NCBI RefSeq assembly: GCF_018398935.1
Contig: NZ_CP074694.1
Coordinates: 930,001 to 962,000, forward strand
Length of the DNA: 32,000 bases
DNA from: Telmatocola sphagniphila
GTDB taxonomy: Bacteria; Planctomycetota; Planctomycetia; Gemmatales; Gemmataceae
Direction: 5' to 3'
The notes beneath the pieces are model-generated. The model ran no database searches and was not told where the DNA came from. It saw nothing but the letters and a program-made list of their open reading frames with translations. The translations under genes were made by a program, and so were the position numbers. Shown here in pieces: positions 14,869-23,770 of the stretch; the first letter of the stretch is position 1, and each line of letters starts with the position of its first letter.

Positions 14869-15600
14869 TTAGAAAATCGGAGGCTTTTCGCGAACGAGCT
14901 GATTGGCAAACTGTAAAGAATCCAGCGTGCCGGCATCCGTCCAGTAGCCGTCAATAATGGAATAACCGAGTCGACCCGCCTTCAGATAGTGGTTGTTGAC
15001 ATCGGTGATTTCCAACTCACCCCGACCACTCGGTTTGAGTGTCCGGATGACTTCAAACACATCCGAGGGATAGATATAGATCCCGATTACGGCATAATCG
15101 CTTTTCGGATTCTTCGGCTTCTCTTCGATGCCGATTACTCGATCTCCCTTTAGCTCGGCCACGCCGTATCGCCCGGGATCGTGTACCTGCTTCAGTCCAA
15201 TCCAAGCCCAATCTGGTTTTTTGCCGGCTTGCGATACCAGGCCAGTGACCGGAGCTTCAAAAATGTTGTCCCCGAGAATTACCAGGCAGCGATTTCCGGC
15301 ACAAAAAGTTTCCGCGAGACCCAGCGCCTGAGCGATGCCACCAGCCTCATCTTGCACGCGATAAGTGAGTGAGCATTTGTGATCTTTGCCCGAGCCGAGC
15401 AACTCTACGAAATCCCCCATGTGTTCCGTGCCCGAAACGAGAAGGATGTCTTTCAGGCCGGCACCCACCATTTTGTGGAGTGGATGATAAACCATCGGGA
15501 TCGGCCCGACCGGCAGGAGATGTTTATTCGTAACTTTGGTAAGTTCTCCCAGCCGGGTGCCTTTACCCCCGGCCAGAACGACACCCCGAATCTGAGACAT
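14869..15600 (-). CDS. rfbA: Glucose-1-phosphate thymidylyltransferase-type sugar nucleotidyltransferase (short form)
   Basis: 243-aa ORF. 'GVVLAGGKGTRLGELT...NKHLLPV' is the nucleotidyltransferase G-loop. It sits 17 nt downstream of rfbB on the same strand. Substrate specificity is inferred from context. Confidence 0.8.
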   Translation of the reverse strand: MSQIRGVVLAGGKGTRLGELTKVTNKHLLPVGPIPMVYHPLHKMVGAGLKDILLVSGTEHMGDFVELLGSGKDHKCSLTYRVQDEAGGIAQALGLAETFCAGNRCLVILGDNIFEAPVTGLVSQAGKKPDWAWIGLKQVHDPGRYGVAELKGDRVIGIEEKPKNPKSDYAVIGIYIYPSDVFEVIRTLKPSGRGELEITDVNNHYLKAGRLGYSIIDGYWTDAGTLDSLQFANQLVREKPPIF

Positions 15601-15617
15601 AGAAATGCCTTTCCCAA

Positions 15618-16628
15618 TTATCGATTAGCGTACTGTTTTTCGTAGTATTTGCGGTACTCGCCGCTGCGGATCTCGGATACCCAGGCCGCATTGGCTTTGT
15701 ACCAATCTATCGTGTCCTTCAAGCCCTTCTCGAAGGTGACCAGCGGCTGCCATCCCAATTCTGTTTCCGCTTTAGTACAGTCGATGGCATAACGGCGGTC
15801 GTGGCCCAGGCGGTCCTGAACATGTTTGATCAACGTCTTGGGTTTGCCCAGGAGTTCCAGCAGCAGAAGTGTCAGCGCCATATTGGTTTTTTCGCACCGG
15901 CCGCCGAAATTATAGACTTCGCCGCTGCGACCTTTTCGCCAGGCCGCTTCCACGCCGCGAGCGTGATCGAGAACGTGAATCCAGTCTCGAATCTGAAGTC
16001 CATCCCCGTAAACCGGAACTTGTTTATCTTCCAGGAGATTGCTGATGAACAGGGGGATTAATTTTTCTGGAAATTGATACGGGCCGTAGTTATTCGAGCA
16101 GCGCGTGATGACCACATCCATACCGAATGTATGGTGGTAGGCATTCGCCAGCAGATCGGAACCCGCTTTGCTCGCCGAGTAAGGGGAGTTGGGAGAAAGC
16201 GGTGTGGTTTCCGTAAAGAACCCGGTTGCGCCCAAACTGCCATAAACTTCATCCGTCGAAACGTGAACGATTCGCTTCACGCTTTTTTCTTTCGCGGCAT
16301 CCAGCAGAATCTGCGTGCCAATGACGTTCGTTTTTACGAAGGGGCCGGAATCCATAATGCTGCGATCGACGTGGCTCTCGGCCGCGAAATGAATGATCGC
16401 ATCCAGGCCTTCGGAAATTACGCCGCGAACTTCCTCGCGATTAGTAATATCCCCCTTAACGAACCGATAGCGGGGATTGCTGGCGACATCGGTCAGGTTC
16501 TTCAAGTTCCCAGCGTAAGTCAGGGCATCGAAATTGATCAATTCCACGCTGGAATCGCTGCTGAGCAATTGTCGAATGAAGTTGCTGCCGATGAATCCGC
16601 AGCCGCCAGTTACGAGCAATTTTGCCAT
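15618..16628 (-). CDS. rfbB: dTDP-glucose 4,6-dehydratase
   Basis: The ORF track extends to 16715. The ATG at 16628 ('MAKLLVTGGCGFIGSNFIR') gives the canonical N-terminus. 'STDEVYG', 'YSASKAGSDLL' (YxxxK) and 'NNYGPYQFPEKLIP' are RmlB hallmarks. Confidence 0.92.
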   Translation of the reverse strand: MAKLLVTGGCGFIGSNFIRQLLSSDSSVELINFDALTYAGNLKNLTDVASNPRYRFVKGDITNREEVRGVISEGLDAIIHFAAESHVDRSIMDSGPFVKTNVIGTQILLDAAKEKSVKRIVHVSTDEVYGSLGATGFFTETTPLSPNSPYSASKAGSDLLANAYHHTFGMDVVITRCSNNYGPYQFPEKLIPLFISNLLEDKQVPVYGDGLQIRDWIHVLDHARGVEAAWRKGRSGEVYNFGGRCEKTNMALTLLLLELLGKPKTLIKHVQDRLGHDRRYAIDCTKAETELGWQPLVTFEKGLKDTIDWYKANAAWVSEIRSGEYRKYYEKQYANR

Positions 16629-16825
16629 GCCCGAAAATCCTTCCCTACTCGTTAGTAAATATCCAAAGTAGTTTAGAACATCAAAAATCACCCTGCAGAG
16701 AAAGTTCTCCCGCACTGGTAGGGAAATTCCCGATAATAAGCATCCGTCTTCTCCAATTTGAACGACGGGCTTATCCCAAACACCTATAATTTCCTATTTA
16801 AAGCACTTAATTTTGCGAGTCGCGG

Positions 16826-18052
16826 ATGTCGTTATTGGAAATTCAACCCGACGGGGAAAACTGGTCCATTCAGTTGCCCGAGGGGACGTCGATCACAGAG
16901 CCGGTGTTTGCAAAGGTATATGGCGCTTCCATTTCCGACGTTGTGGAAGCATTCCGCGAATCTCTCGATCATCCGATTCGCTTCGAGCCATTATACCGTG
17001 CGCTGACCCCCGACGACCGTATTACCATCGTCTTCGACGCCTCGATTCCTCATGCAGATGTTCTATTGGGGGAGCTGAAAAAATATCTTCTATTGCGCGA
17101 AATTGACGTTGGGGCTTTGACGATTCTCATGAATCGCGAAGCCGGAGCCATGGAGCAGCAGGTCGCGCTTCAGAAAAACTTCCCCGAGCTGAAATTCGAA
17201 ATCCTGGATCCGACGGATCGCACCCAGATGGCCTATCTGGCGACCACCCAAAAGGGGCGAAGAGTTTATTTGCATCGTAGTCTTCTGGATGCCGATCAAG
17301 TGATTCTCGTAGCTCATCGCGGCTACGATTGCCTGCTGGGACAGACTGGGGCGGAGTCCAATATCTTTCCACTGATGTCCGATTCGGAAACGAAATTGGC
17401 CCTGCGAAAGCAACTCCGGGCCGATTGCCCGAGCTCGGAACCCTGGCCCATCCTGGAAGAGGCCCGAGAGGTTGCCTGGTTGCTCGGCATCCCCTTTCTC
17501 GTTCACGTATTTCTGGATTCGAACGATCAGATTACCGCTTTCAAGACGGGCATTGCGGAAAGCCTCCCGGACATTGCCGAAGAGTTCGATGAATTGTCGC
17601 ACGGTAAACTGGCCAGCCCCGTGGATGCCTTCGTCGTCAACCTGCCGGGCAATCAGAAAGAGTTTCGCGATTTGGCGCAGGCGGCTTTATCCGCCAGTCG
17701 GGTACTGGAACCGGCCGGCTGCCTGATTCTGCTAACTGGAATGACGCTTTCCGGAGAAGAATCGGTGAAGCGAATCGCCGGATACAGTTCGCCGCGAGAG
17801 GCCTTGAAGAAGCTTCCCGAACTGGAGGAAAGCGGCGATCCCCAAGCGATTTTTTGCTGGGCTCAAGCCGTGCAGAATCGGCGAGTCTATCTTTATTCGG
17901 ATCTGGATGCTCCCATGACGGAGAGCCTGTTTGCCACAAAGCTCGAGAACTCGGCTCAACTGGAACGATTACTTCAGTCCATGCAGCAAATCACCGTCTG
18001 GAATAATCCGCAGCAATACGTTTTCGAAGTCGATTCCGCCTCCTCGAAGTGA
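16826..18052 (+). CDS. LarA-like (DUF2088, lactate racemase N-terminal fold) protein, divergent
   Basis: 408-aa ORF. The layout 'RITIVFDASIPHADVLLGELKKYL ... LTILMNREAG ... EILDPTD ... GRRVYLHRSLLDADQVILVAHRGYDCLLGQTGAESNIFP' parallels LarA (D.TRP / AtGtHR / Hd / aD..i..G.vepH.faGysGG.K...PG). The expected His and Lys residues are substituted. Confidence 0.45.
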   Translation: MSLLEIQPDGENWSIQLPEGTSITEPVFAKVYGASISDVVEAFRESLDHPIRFEPLYRALTPDDRITIVFDASIPHADVLLGELKKYLLLREIDVGALTILMNREAGAMEQQVALQKNFPELKFEILDPTDRTQMAYLATTQKGRRVYLHRSLLDADQVILVAHRGYDCLLGQTGAESNIFPLMSDSETKLALRKQLRADCPSSEPWPILEEAREVAWLLGIPFLVHVFLDSNDQITAFKTGIAESLPDIAEEFDELSHGKLASPVDAFVVNLPGNQKEFRDLAQAALSASRVLEPAGCLILLTGMTLSGEESVKRIAGYSSPREALKKLPELEESGDPQAIFCWAQAVQNRRVYLYSDLDAPMTESLFATKLENSAQLERLLQSMQQITVWNNPQQYVFEVDSASSK

Positions 18053-18068
18053 AAGAGATTGCTTTGCA

Positions 18069-19034
18069 ATGAACGATGAAACAAATCTATCGAAAGAACG
18101 GATTTTCGCGAAAACTTGGTTTTTCGATCGCTCCTCGAATGGAAAGATCATTGTTTCGGGGAAAGATGCTGCCCTCTTTCTGCACAACTTGTGCACGAAC
18201 GATATCCGAGGTTTGAAGCCCGGCACCCTCTGCCGAGCCTACTTCTGCGATCGGTTGGCCAAAGTGCAGGGTCAGTCTCGCATTTTTCATACTCAGCTTC
18301 AGGGCAAGCCGATCTACTGGCTCGATTGCCCGCCGGGTACCAATGAATCTCTGGCGCGCCATATCGACAAGCACTGGATCTCGGAACAGATTGAATTCGA
18401 AGATGCGACCTCGAAATATTGTGAGTTTCATATCGCAGGACCCGAGGCCGAGATCACTCGAACAAAGATGCTCCCAAGATCTGAGGAGAGCACCAGCAAT
18501 GCGGAATGGGACGAGATCCTTTTCGTTCAACCCATGGACCACTTGCTCGGCACACCGGGCTTTAACATCGTGGCCGAGCTTTCCCGGCGGGAATCGCTTC
18601 TGTCAAAACTGCAAAGTATTCTTCCAGCAGGTTCCGCAGAGGATTTTGAAAAACTCCGCATTGAAGCGGTGACGCCCTTTTTCGGAAAAGATATCGATGA
18701 GAAACGATTCGTTATGGAAGTCGCCGACGCGTTGGAATCCGTGAGTTACCAGAAAGGCTGCTATCTGGGACAGGAACCGATCGTGATGTCGCGAGATCGA
18801 GCTGGCCACGTGAATCGGGCGATGAAGCTAGTAAAAGCGAAAGCACAATTTCCGATAACCCCAAATGCGGTGTTAACGCGAGAAGAAAAATCTGTAGGTG
18901 TTACCACCGGTTCCACGGTTTTTTCATCGCTTTACGGTGCCCCCATCGCCCTGGCGTACATAGCTCGTGGGCATCAGGAGGCAGGTACCGTTTTTGATCT
19001 CCCGGACGGGGCAGGGCAGGTCGAAGTCGTTTGA
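18069..19034 (+). CDS. YgfZ/CAF17-type folate-binding protein (GcvT-like aminomethyltransferase fold)
   Basis: The ORF track starts at 17931, overlapping the previous gene. The ATG at 18069 ('MNDETNLSKERIF') is the likelier start. 'GKDAALFLHNLCTNDI' and 'YQKGCYLGQEPIVMSRDRAGHVNR' match the YgfZ signature (KGCY.GQE). Confidence 0.75.
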   Translation: MNDETNLSKERIFAKTWFFDRSSNGKIIVSGKDAALFLHNLCTNDIRGLKPGTLCRAYFCDRLAKVQGQSRIFHTQLQGKPIYWLDCPPGTNESLARHIDKHWISEQIEFEDATSKYCEFHIAGPEAEITRTKMLPRSEESTSNAEWDEILFVQPMDHLLGTPGFNIVAELSRRESLLSKLQSILPAGSAEDFEKLRIEAVTPFFGKDIDEKRFVMEVADALESVSYQKGCYLGQEPIVMSRDRAGHVNRAMKLVKAKAQFPITPNAVLTREEKSVGVTTGSTVFSSLYGAPIALAYIARGHQEAGTVFDLPDGAGQVEVV

Positions 19035-19042
19035 AGTGAAAG

Positions 19043-20584
19043 CTACTTCAGATGCTGCTTTCGAATGGCTTCCAATTTCGACAGCGCCAATTTAGGCGTA
19101 CCTGAGGCATCCAATAATCCGGAATGGGGAATGCGATGCTGCACGGCATCGCTCCAGCAATCCCAGAAAACCCCGGTTACGTAGGGCTTGCTCAAGGCCA
19201 GCTTGGCGAAAGCCTCCGCCCATAATGCCTGACCGTTTTCGTCGATGCTGCGCCAAAAACCGGCCATGGCTACCCGCTCGCCGGGGCTGGCCCACTCATC
19301 GGGCGTACTGGCGCTGGGATAAGAGAGCGTCACCTGAACCGGAAGGCCCAACATACCGAACATATCGAGAATCTTGGAGCAATCGAGGCGATCCCGGCAG
19401 AAATCACCGCGCGGACGGGAGCCCATCTGCCATTCCAGTTCATAACTGGTGATCGGTAATCCTGCCCGGAGCAAAGTATCGGCAAAAACGAACGGCGAAT
19501 AATTGAAGCCCGGTTTCGTTAAGTAACTTCCCCAAGGATGGCTGATACCGATATGAAATTTGGAATCGGGATCGATCTGGGCTGCCGCATCGAGCATTCG
19601 CGCCGTCAGTCTAATTTGATCTTCTTCAGAAATTCCCAGGCAGGTCGAGCAGTTGCTCCGCGAGCAAAGCATCCAATTCTGGATTTTGCCTCGATAGCGG
19701 GCAATGGTCGTTTCAACGAAGTCGCAGACGAAGCTGCCCAGAGCCGTGATGTCTCCGTTCCAGGTTTCCATCCATTCCGGAAAGAACTCCGGAGAGAAAT
19801 CGACTACCGGGCCGACCGAGACATTCAGTCCTTTTCCGAGACACCAGGCCACCTGTTCGTCGAGTTGCTTCCAGTTGTAGTTCGCTTCGGAAGGTTCAAT
19901 ATCCTTCCAGCGCAACGGCAGACGCACTGCGTTGAACGTATTTTGAAAGAGCTCGGCTTCCTTGGCCTTGGGAATCGAGGAAAGCCAGCAACCCCAACCC
20001 GTATCCAACTTGGCGGCCCGCGTGTGGCGGAGAGCGAGAATCTGTTTGGTGTATTCCTCTATCAGCTCGTCGGCGGCCTGGAAACTCAGAGTGAGCGCCC
20101 GATTCAGATGAAAACTCGCGTCGCTCTGCCAGGGATCCATCATCCCTTGCGCGAAAGTTCGCGTAGCCTGTCGGATGTCCCAATCGAGCGTGGCGGATCT
20201 TTGAAGTCCCGCCGATTCCCACTCGGCCAACTGGTTCCGGACCTGGTTCAATTTCCCTCGAACCAGCTCCACTCCCAGAAAATAAGGGAGCGGCCGTTCC
20301 ATGAGGGTGGCGGTGGAAGTCTGAAGCTGACCGAACTCGGCGACATCGGCCGGTATCATCGCGGAACCCGATTCGTGCAGTTCCCGCTGCAGAATGAGGA
20401 CTTCTGAGGAGAGTCGGTGCCGGGTTTGGGTGGGCATGCTTTCGGGGCCGACCGTCAGAAAGGATTCTTTGAGAAGCGGACGAAACTCTGCGGACATCTC
20501 AGTGGGCAAAACGAAGGAGAACCCCATCGGCAGGGTCTGTTCCGTCGTCTCGGAGCCCGAGTTGTGTTCGTCGTTTAAATCCAT
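19043..20584 (-). CDS. Cytoplasmic TIM-barrel glycoside-hydrolase-like protein (GH10/clan GH-A-like) with ~200-aa N-terminal extension
   Basis: 513-aa ORF with no signal peptide. 'FNAVRLPLRWKDIEPSEANYNWKQLDEQVAWCLGKGLNVSVGPVVDF' resembles the GH10 N-terminal strands (..N..KW...EP..G.f.f...D). The later 'IQNWMLCSR' occupies the position of the WDVVNE acid/base motif but lacks the NE. The assignment is tentative. Confidence 0.35.
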   Translation of the reverse strand: MDLNDEHNSGSETTEQTLPMGFSFVLPTEMSAEFRPLLKESFLTVGPESMPTQTRHRLSSEVLILQRELHESGSAMIPADVAEFGQLQTSTATLMERPLPYFLGVELVRGKLNQVRNQLAEWESAGLQRSATLDWDIRQATRTFAQGMMDPWQSDASFHLNRALTLSFQAADELIEEYTKQILALRHTRAAKLDTGWGCWLSSIPKAKEAELFQNTFNAVRLPLRWKDIEPSEANYNWKQLDEQVAWCLGKGLNVSVGPVVDFSPEFFPEWMETWNGDITALGSFVCDFVETTIARYRGKIQNWMLCSRSNCSTCLGISEEDQIRLTARMLDAAAQIDPDSKFHIGISHPWGSYLTKPGFNYSPFVFADTLLRAGLPITSYELEWQMGSRPRGDFCRDRLDCSKILDMFGMLGLPVQVTLSYPSASTPDEWASPGERVAMAGFWRSIDENGQALWAEAFAKLALSKPYVTGVFWDCWSDAVQHRIPHSGLLDASGTPKLALSKLEAIRKQHLK

Positions 20585-20658
20585 GAATGCGTATCAATCG
20601 CGAGAAGGAAATTCAGAATTCAGCCGGGAGCCCGTTCGAGTATTTTACGTCGCTGAAT

Positions 20659-21489
20659 CTAGAGAGCCTGAATTACGATACCATATCGGTCCGCTAATGC
20701 TGTTGTAGCTTCCACATCGAGGATGATAGTCTTTCCCGCTTCAATCGCCAACACTCGACCGCCCGCCTTGTGAATAGTTTCGATAGTCTTTTCACCCACA
20801 GTTGGCACGTCGAACCGCATATCCTGCTGCGGTTTCGCCACTTTTACCACGGTAAAGCCCCGTTTACTGAGCGTTCCCGCCCGTAAAATGGCCTCATCCG
20901 TACCTTCAATGGCTTCCACCGCTATCACGGCTGCATCATGAACCATCACGCTCTGGCCGATGTCTAATCGACCCATCTCTTTTGCAATCTCCCAACCGAA
21001 GCGGATATCGGCTTCTTCGCTCGCGGTCGGTTTACGTTTAGTATGAATACCCGGTTTTACAAGCAGTTCGGGACAGGTGTCGAGGGCCGACTCGCAATGG
21101 AGGCCTTCTTTTTCGTATTCGCCAATGATTCCCGAAAGTATCGAATCATCGCGATTGTCCCTTTTGCGTCCGAAAAACCACCAACGAATCATGCGTAGAT
21201 CTGGCATAAGACGTATGAACCAAAATGGGGAATACAGAATGGTTTTATCGATCTTCCCAGCCATGGTGTAACGTTTCACCCCGGCTTTGCGAAAACTTCG
21301 AATCGGCTTATTGAGAGCTCCCAGGCGGACCCAGATAAAATCTTGCACATACGGCAGAAAGTCTTCTTTACGTGCCAGGCCACTGATGCCGAGACAAATG
21401 ACCGGACGCTGGATGGCGTGCGCTTTCTGCGCAAACAGGATCGGAAATCTTCCGCGTCCGGCTATCAGTCCGATGGGTTCCGCATTCAT
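20659..21489 (-). CDS. lpxI: UDP-2,3-diacylglucosamine diphosphatase LpxI (DUF1009)
   Basis: 276-aa ORF. It has the N-terminal 'IGLIAGRGRFPILFAQKA', then 'DIGQSVMVHDAAVIAVEAIEGTDEAILRAG'. The C-terminal 'RFDVPTVGEKTIETIHKAGGRVLAIEAGKTIILD' fits LpxI. Its ATG overlaps the lpxD stop as ATGA (21486-21489). Confidence 0.8.
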   Translation of the reverse strand: MNAEPIGLIAGRGRFPILFAQKAHAIQRPVICLGISGLARKEDFLPYVQDFIWVRLGALNKPIRSFRKAGVKRYTMAGKIDKTILYSPFWFIRLMPDLRMIRWWFFGRKRDNRDDSILSGIIGEYEKEGLHCESALDTCPELLVKPGIHTKRKPTASEEADIRFGWEIAKEMGRLDIGQSVMVHDAAVIAVEAIEGTDEAILRAGTLSKRGFTVVKVAKPQQDMRFDVPTVGEKTIETIHKAGGRVLAIEAGKTIILDVEATTALADRYGIVIQAL

Positions 21490-22511
21490 TCGTTATCCGC
21501 CAAACCGATCTTTTTTTTGATATTTCGTAGATCCCGGCGAATCTCGGGAAGTTTTTCCAGCGACATCATGATCCGCATTTGCTCTTTATCGGGAGTCGCC
21601 GGTGAACCGAGCATTCGAGCACCCGCGGGGACATCCTTATGAATACCGGCCTTGGCACCCAGTATCGCCCGATCTCCAATATGGCAATGGTCGGCTATAC
21701 CCACCTGACCCGCCATCACCACGTAATCCCCGGTCGAGGAAGAGCCGGCAATACCGACTTGGCTGACAATCAGATTATGACGTCCCAGCGAACAATTGTG
21801 GCCAATCATCACCAGATTATCAATCTTGGTGCCTCTCCCGATGATCGTGCGACCGAAAGTCCCCCGATCAATAGTCGTTCCGGCCCCAATTTCCACATCT
21901 TCCTGGATTTCCACGCTTCCCTGCTGGGGAACTTTGATGTGTTGGCCTTTAACAGTTCGATAGCCGAAGCCGTCGCAGCCGAGGACTACGTGAGCGTGAA
22001 TGCGGACTCGCTCCCCGATCTTGCAGCCATCGTACAGGATCACTTGGGGAAAGATCGTCACATCCGCAGCAATTTCACAATCCGCGCCGATGATCGACCC
22101 AGGATAAATTTTGCAACCTGGCCCGATCTTCACACCGGGCCCGATGCAGACGAAAGCGCCAATAGCCACATCCGGAGCGATTTCCGCCGTGGGATCTATT
22201 TGTGCGGTGGGATGTATCCCCAGCAAAGTTCGATCGGGCTTCGGATTTAATTTTTGAACGATCTTGGCGAAGGCCAGAAGTGGATCCTCGATTCGGATCA
22301 AGGGCTTGCCTACACCCGTTAAGTGAGGAGCAGCCACTGCGGCGACCGCAGGAGATTCTTTAAAATCGTTGAGGTATTTTTCGTTTTCCAGAAAGACGAG
22401 ATCGCCGGGCTGCGCTTCAGACAACGGCCGCGCCCCTGAAATCAGGCAATCGCCGTTCCCCTCCACGATACCATCAATCCATGAAGCTATTTCGCGTACC
22501 GTGACGGCCAC
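21486..22511 (-). CDS. lpxD: UDP-3-O-acylglucosamine N-acyltransferase
   Basis: 341-aa ORF. The N-terminal uridine-binding region is 'VREIASWIDGIVEGNGDCLISGARPLSEAQPGDLVFLENEKY'. It is followed by a long run of hexapeptide (left-handed beta-helix) repeats. Confidence 0.92.
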   Translation of the reverse strand: MAVTVREIASWIDGIVEGNGDCLISGARPLSEAQPGDLVFLENEKYLNDFKESPAVAAVAAPHLTGVGKPLIRIEDPLLAFAKIVQKLNPKPDRTLLGIHPTAQIDPTAEIAPDVAIGAFVCIGPGVKIGPGCKIYPGSIIGADCEIAADVTIFPQVILYDGCKIGERVRIHAHVVLGCDGFGYRTVKGQHIKVPQQGSVEIQEDVEIGAGTTIDRGTFGRTIIGRGTKIDNLVMIGHNCSLGRHNLIVSQVGIAGSSSTGDYVVMAGQVGIADHCHIGDRAILGAKAGIHKDVPAGARMLGSPATPDKEQMRIMMSLEKLPEIRRDLRNIKKKIGLADNE

Positions 22512-22611
22512 GGAACACCCCCATCCTGGTGGATATCAACAAACGTACCAACTTTGTCCAATTTAGCTTGATTGGCCGATCGCTGCAATCCGAATTTGGC
22601 CAAGCCCCAAT

Positions 22612-23637
22612 TTAACCCAGAATACGCAAAGCATTGAGCCTGTAGACTTTTAGTAAAACTTCCTCTGGCAACTCAATCCCCCGTAAAGCGGGCAAAGCCG
22701 GTTCCCCCGCGGCTGCGACATAATCCCCATCGGCTATCGGACTGGTTCCGGACCAATGACTTTCAAAAAGGGTCCGCTGACACCAGTACCGACTGGTATA
22801 GTGCTCCTTGTGCAAACCGTAGCGGGTGACCAGATCGGACCCGAACATAAAACGATCCGGGAATTTCGTTATTAAATTTCGAATGGCCTCCGGATGTCGG
22901 GATATTTCGCGAACTTGCCATTTGGTGGCGCTGGTATCTAAACACAGGTGAGGATAGTCCTCCAGGAGCCTCTGAAGTTCGTCTGGATGTTCGGGATTCC
23001 CGCCCATGTGGGCTCCAATCCAGGTGACCTCGGGAAATCTTTCGAGCATTTCTCGAAAAGGAAGATATTGATCGGCTTTGGTTCCGAACTTGGCGGTTTC
23101 CTTGTAGACGGTATTCCACCAGTTATCGGGATCGCCGACGTGAACCATGACCACTTGGACGCCGGCCGCTATCGCTCGCTTGATGGATTCGATCCGCCAA
23201 GGGGCGTTTACCACCAGGCCCCGTTCCCGACCGCGAGGAGCCGACCAGAGTTTGAGAATTTTGATACCTTCCGCCAAAAAGGCATCCAGACTCTTGTAAG
23301 CTTCGTCGTCGCTGTCATCGATCTTCTTTTTGTTGATCATGCCATTGAAGACCAGGGCGTCACCAAACTTCTCGCGTAAGGGAGCGATATCCTGGACCGG
23401 ACACATGGTCACCGTCCGGGCAATCCCGAACTCCCTCGCCTCGCTGAGCATCACTTCCGCTTGCTCCGTGGAGCCCTCACGTCCGCTACCGCCAGCGGCT
23501 CCGGTCGAGCCATCGCTGGGAGCGGTCATGGTGACGTGGGAATGAATGTCGATCAGGGGCGGGCCCGAATAGCGGAAATGCCGGCGATCGGTATAGTCCT
23601 GACCGGTAACGTTATATTCCGGTTTTTGCTCGCTCAT
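22612..23637 (-). CDS. Metal-dependent amidohydrolase-fold (TIM barrel) hydrolase
   Basis: 341-aa ORF. It has an 'IDIHSHV' HxH metal motif near the N-terminus, then 'VVMVHVGDP', 'WIGAHMGG' and 'FMFGSDL', consistent with the Amidohydro_2 family. The substrate is unknown. Confidence 0.65.
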   Translation of the reverse strand: MSEQKPEYNVTGQDYTDRRHFRYSGPPLIDIHSHVTMTAPSDGSTGAAGGSGREGSTEQAEVMLSEAREFGIARTVTMCPVQDIAPLREKFGDALVFNGMINKKKIDDSDDEAYKSLDAFLAEGIKILKLWSAPRGRERGLVVNAPWRIESIKRAIAAGVQVVMVHVGDPDNWWNTVYKETAKFGTKADQYLPFREMLERFPEVTWIGAHMGGNPEHPDELQRLLEDYPHLCLDTSATKWQVREISRHPEAIRNLITKFPDRFMFGSDLVTRYGLHKEHYTSRYWCQRTLFESHWSGTSPIADGDYVAAAGEPALPALRGIELPEEVLLKVYRLNALRILG

Positions 23638-23770
23638 TAAATCAGTCCTCTTTTAGAGAGGTATATCTGAAAACCCGAAACCTTACAGGTCTTTTCTACT
23701 TGCGAGAAGGCCGTCTATATCACAAGATGGTCCGTGATTTCAGAACAGTACACCTGATAGGGAATTTTTT

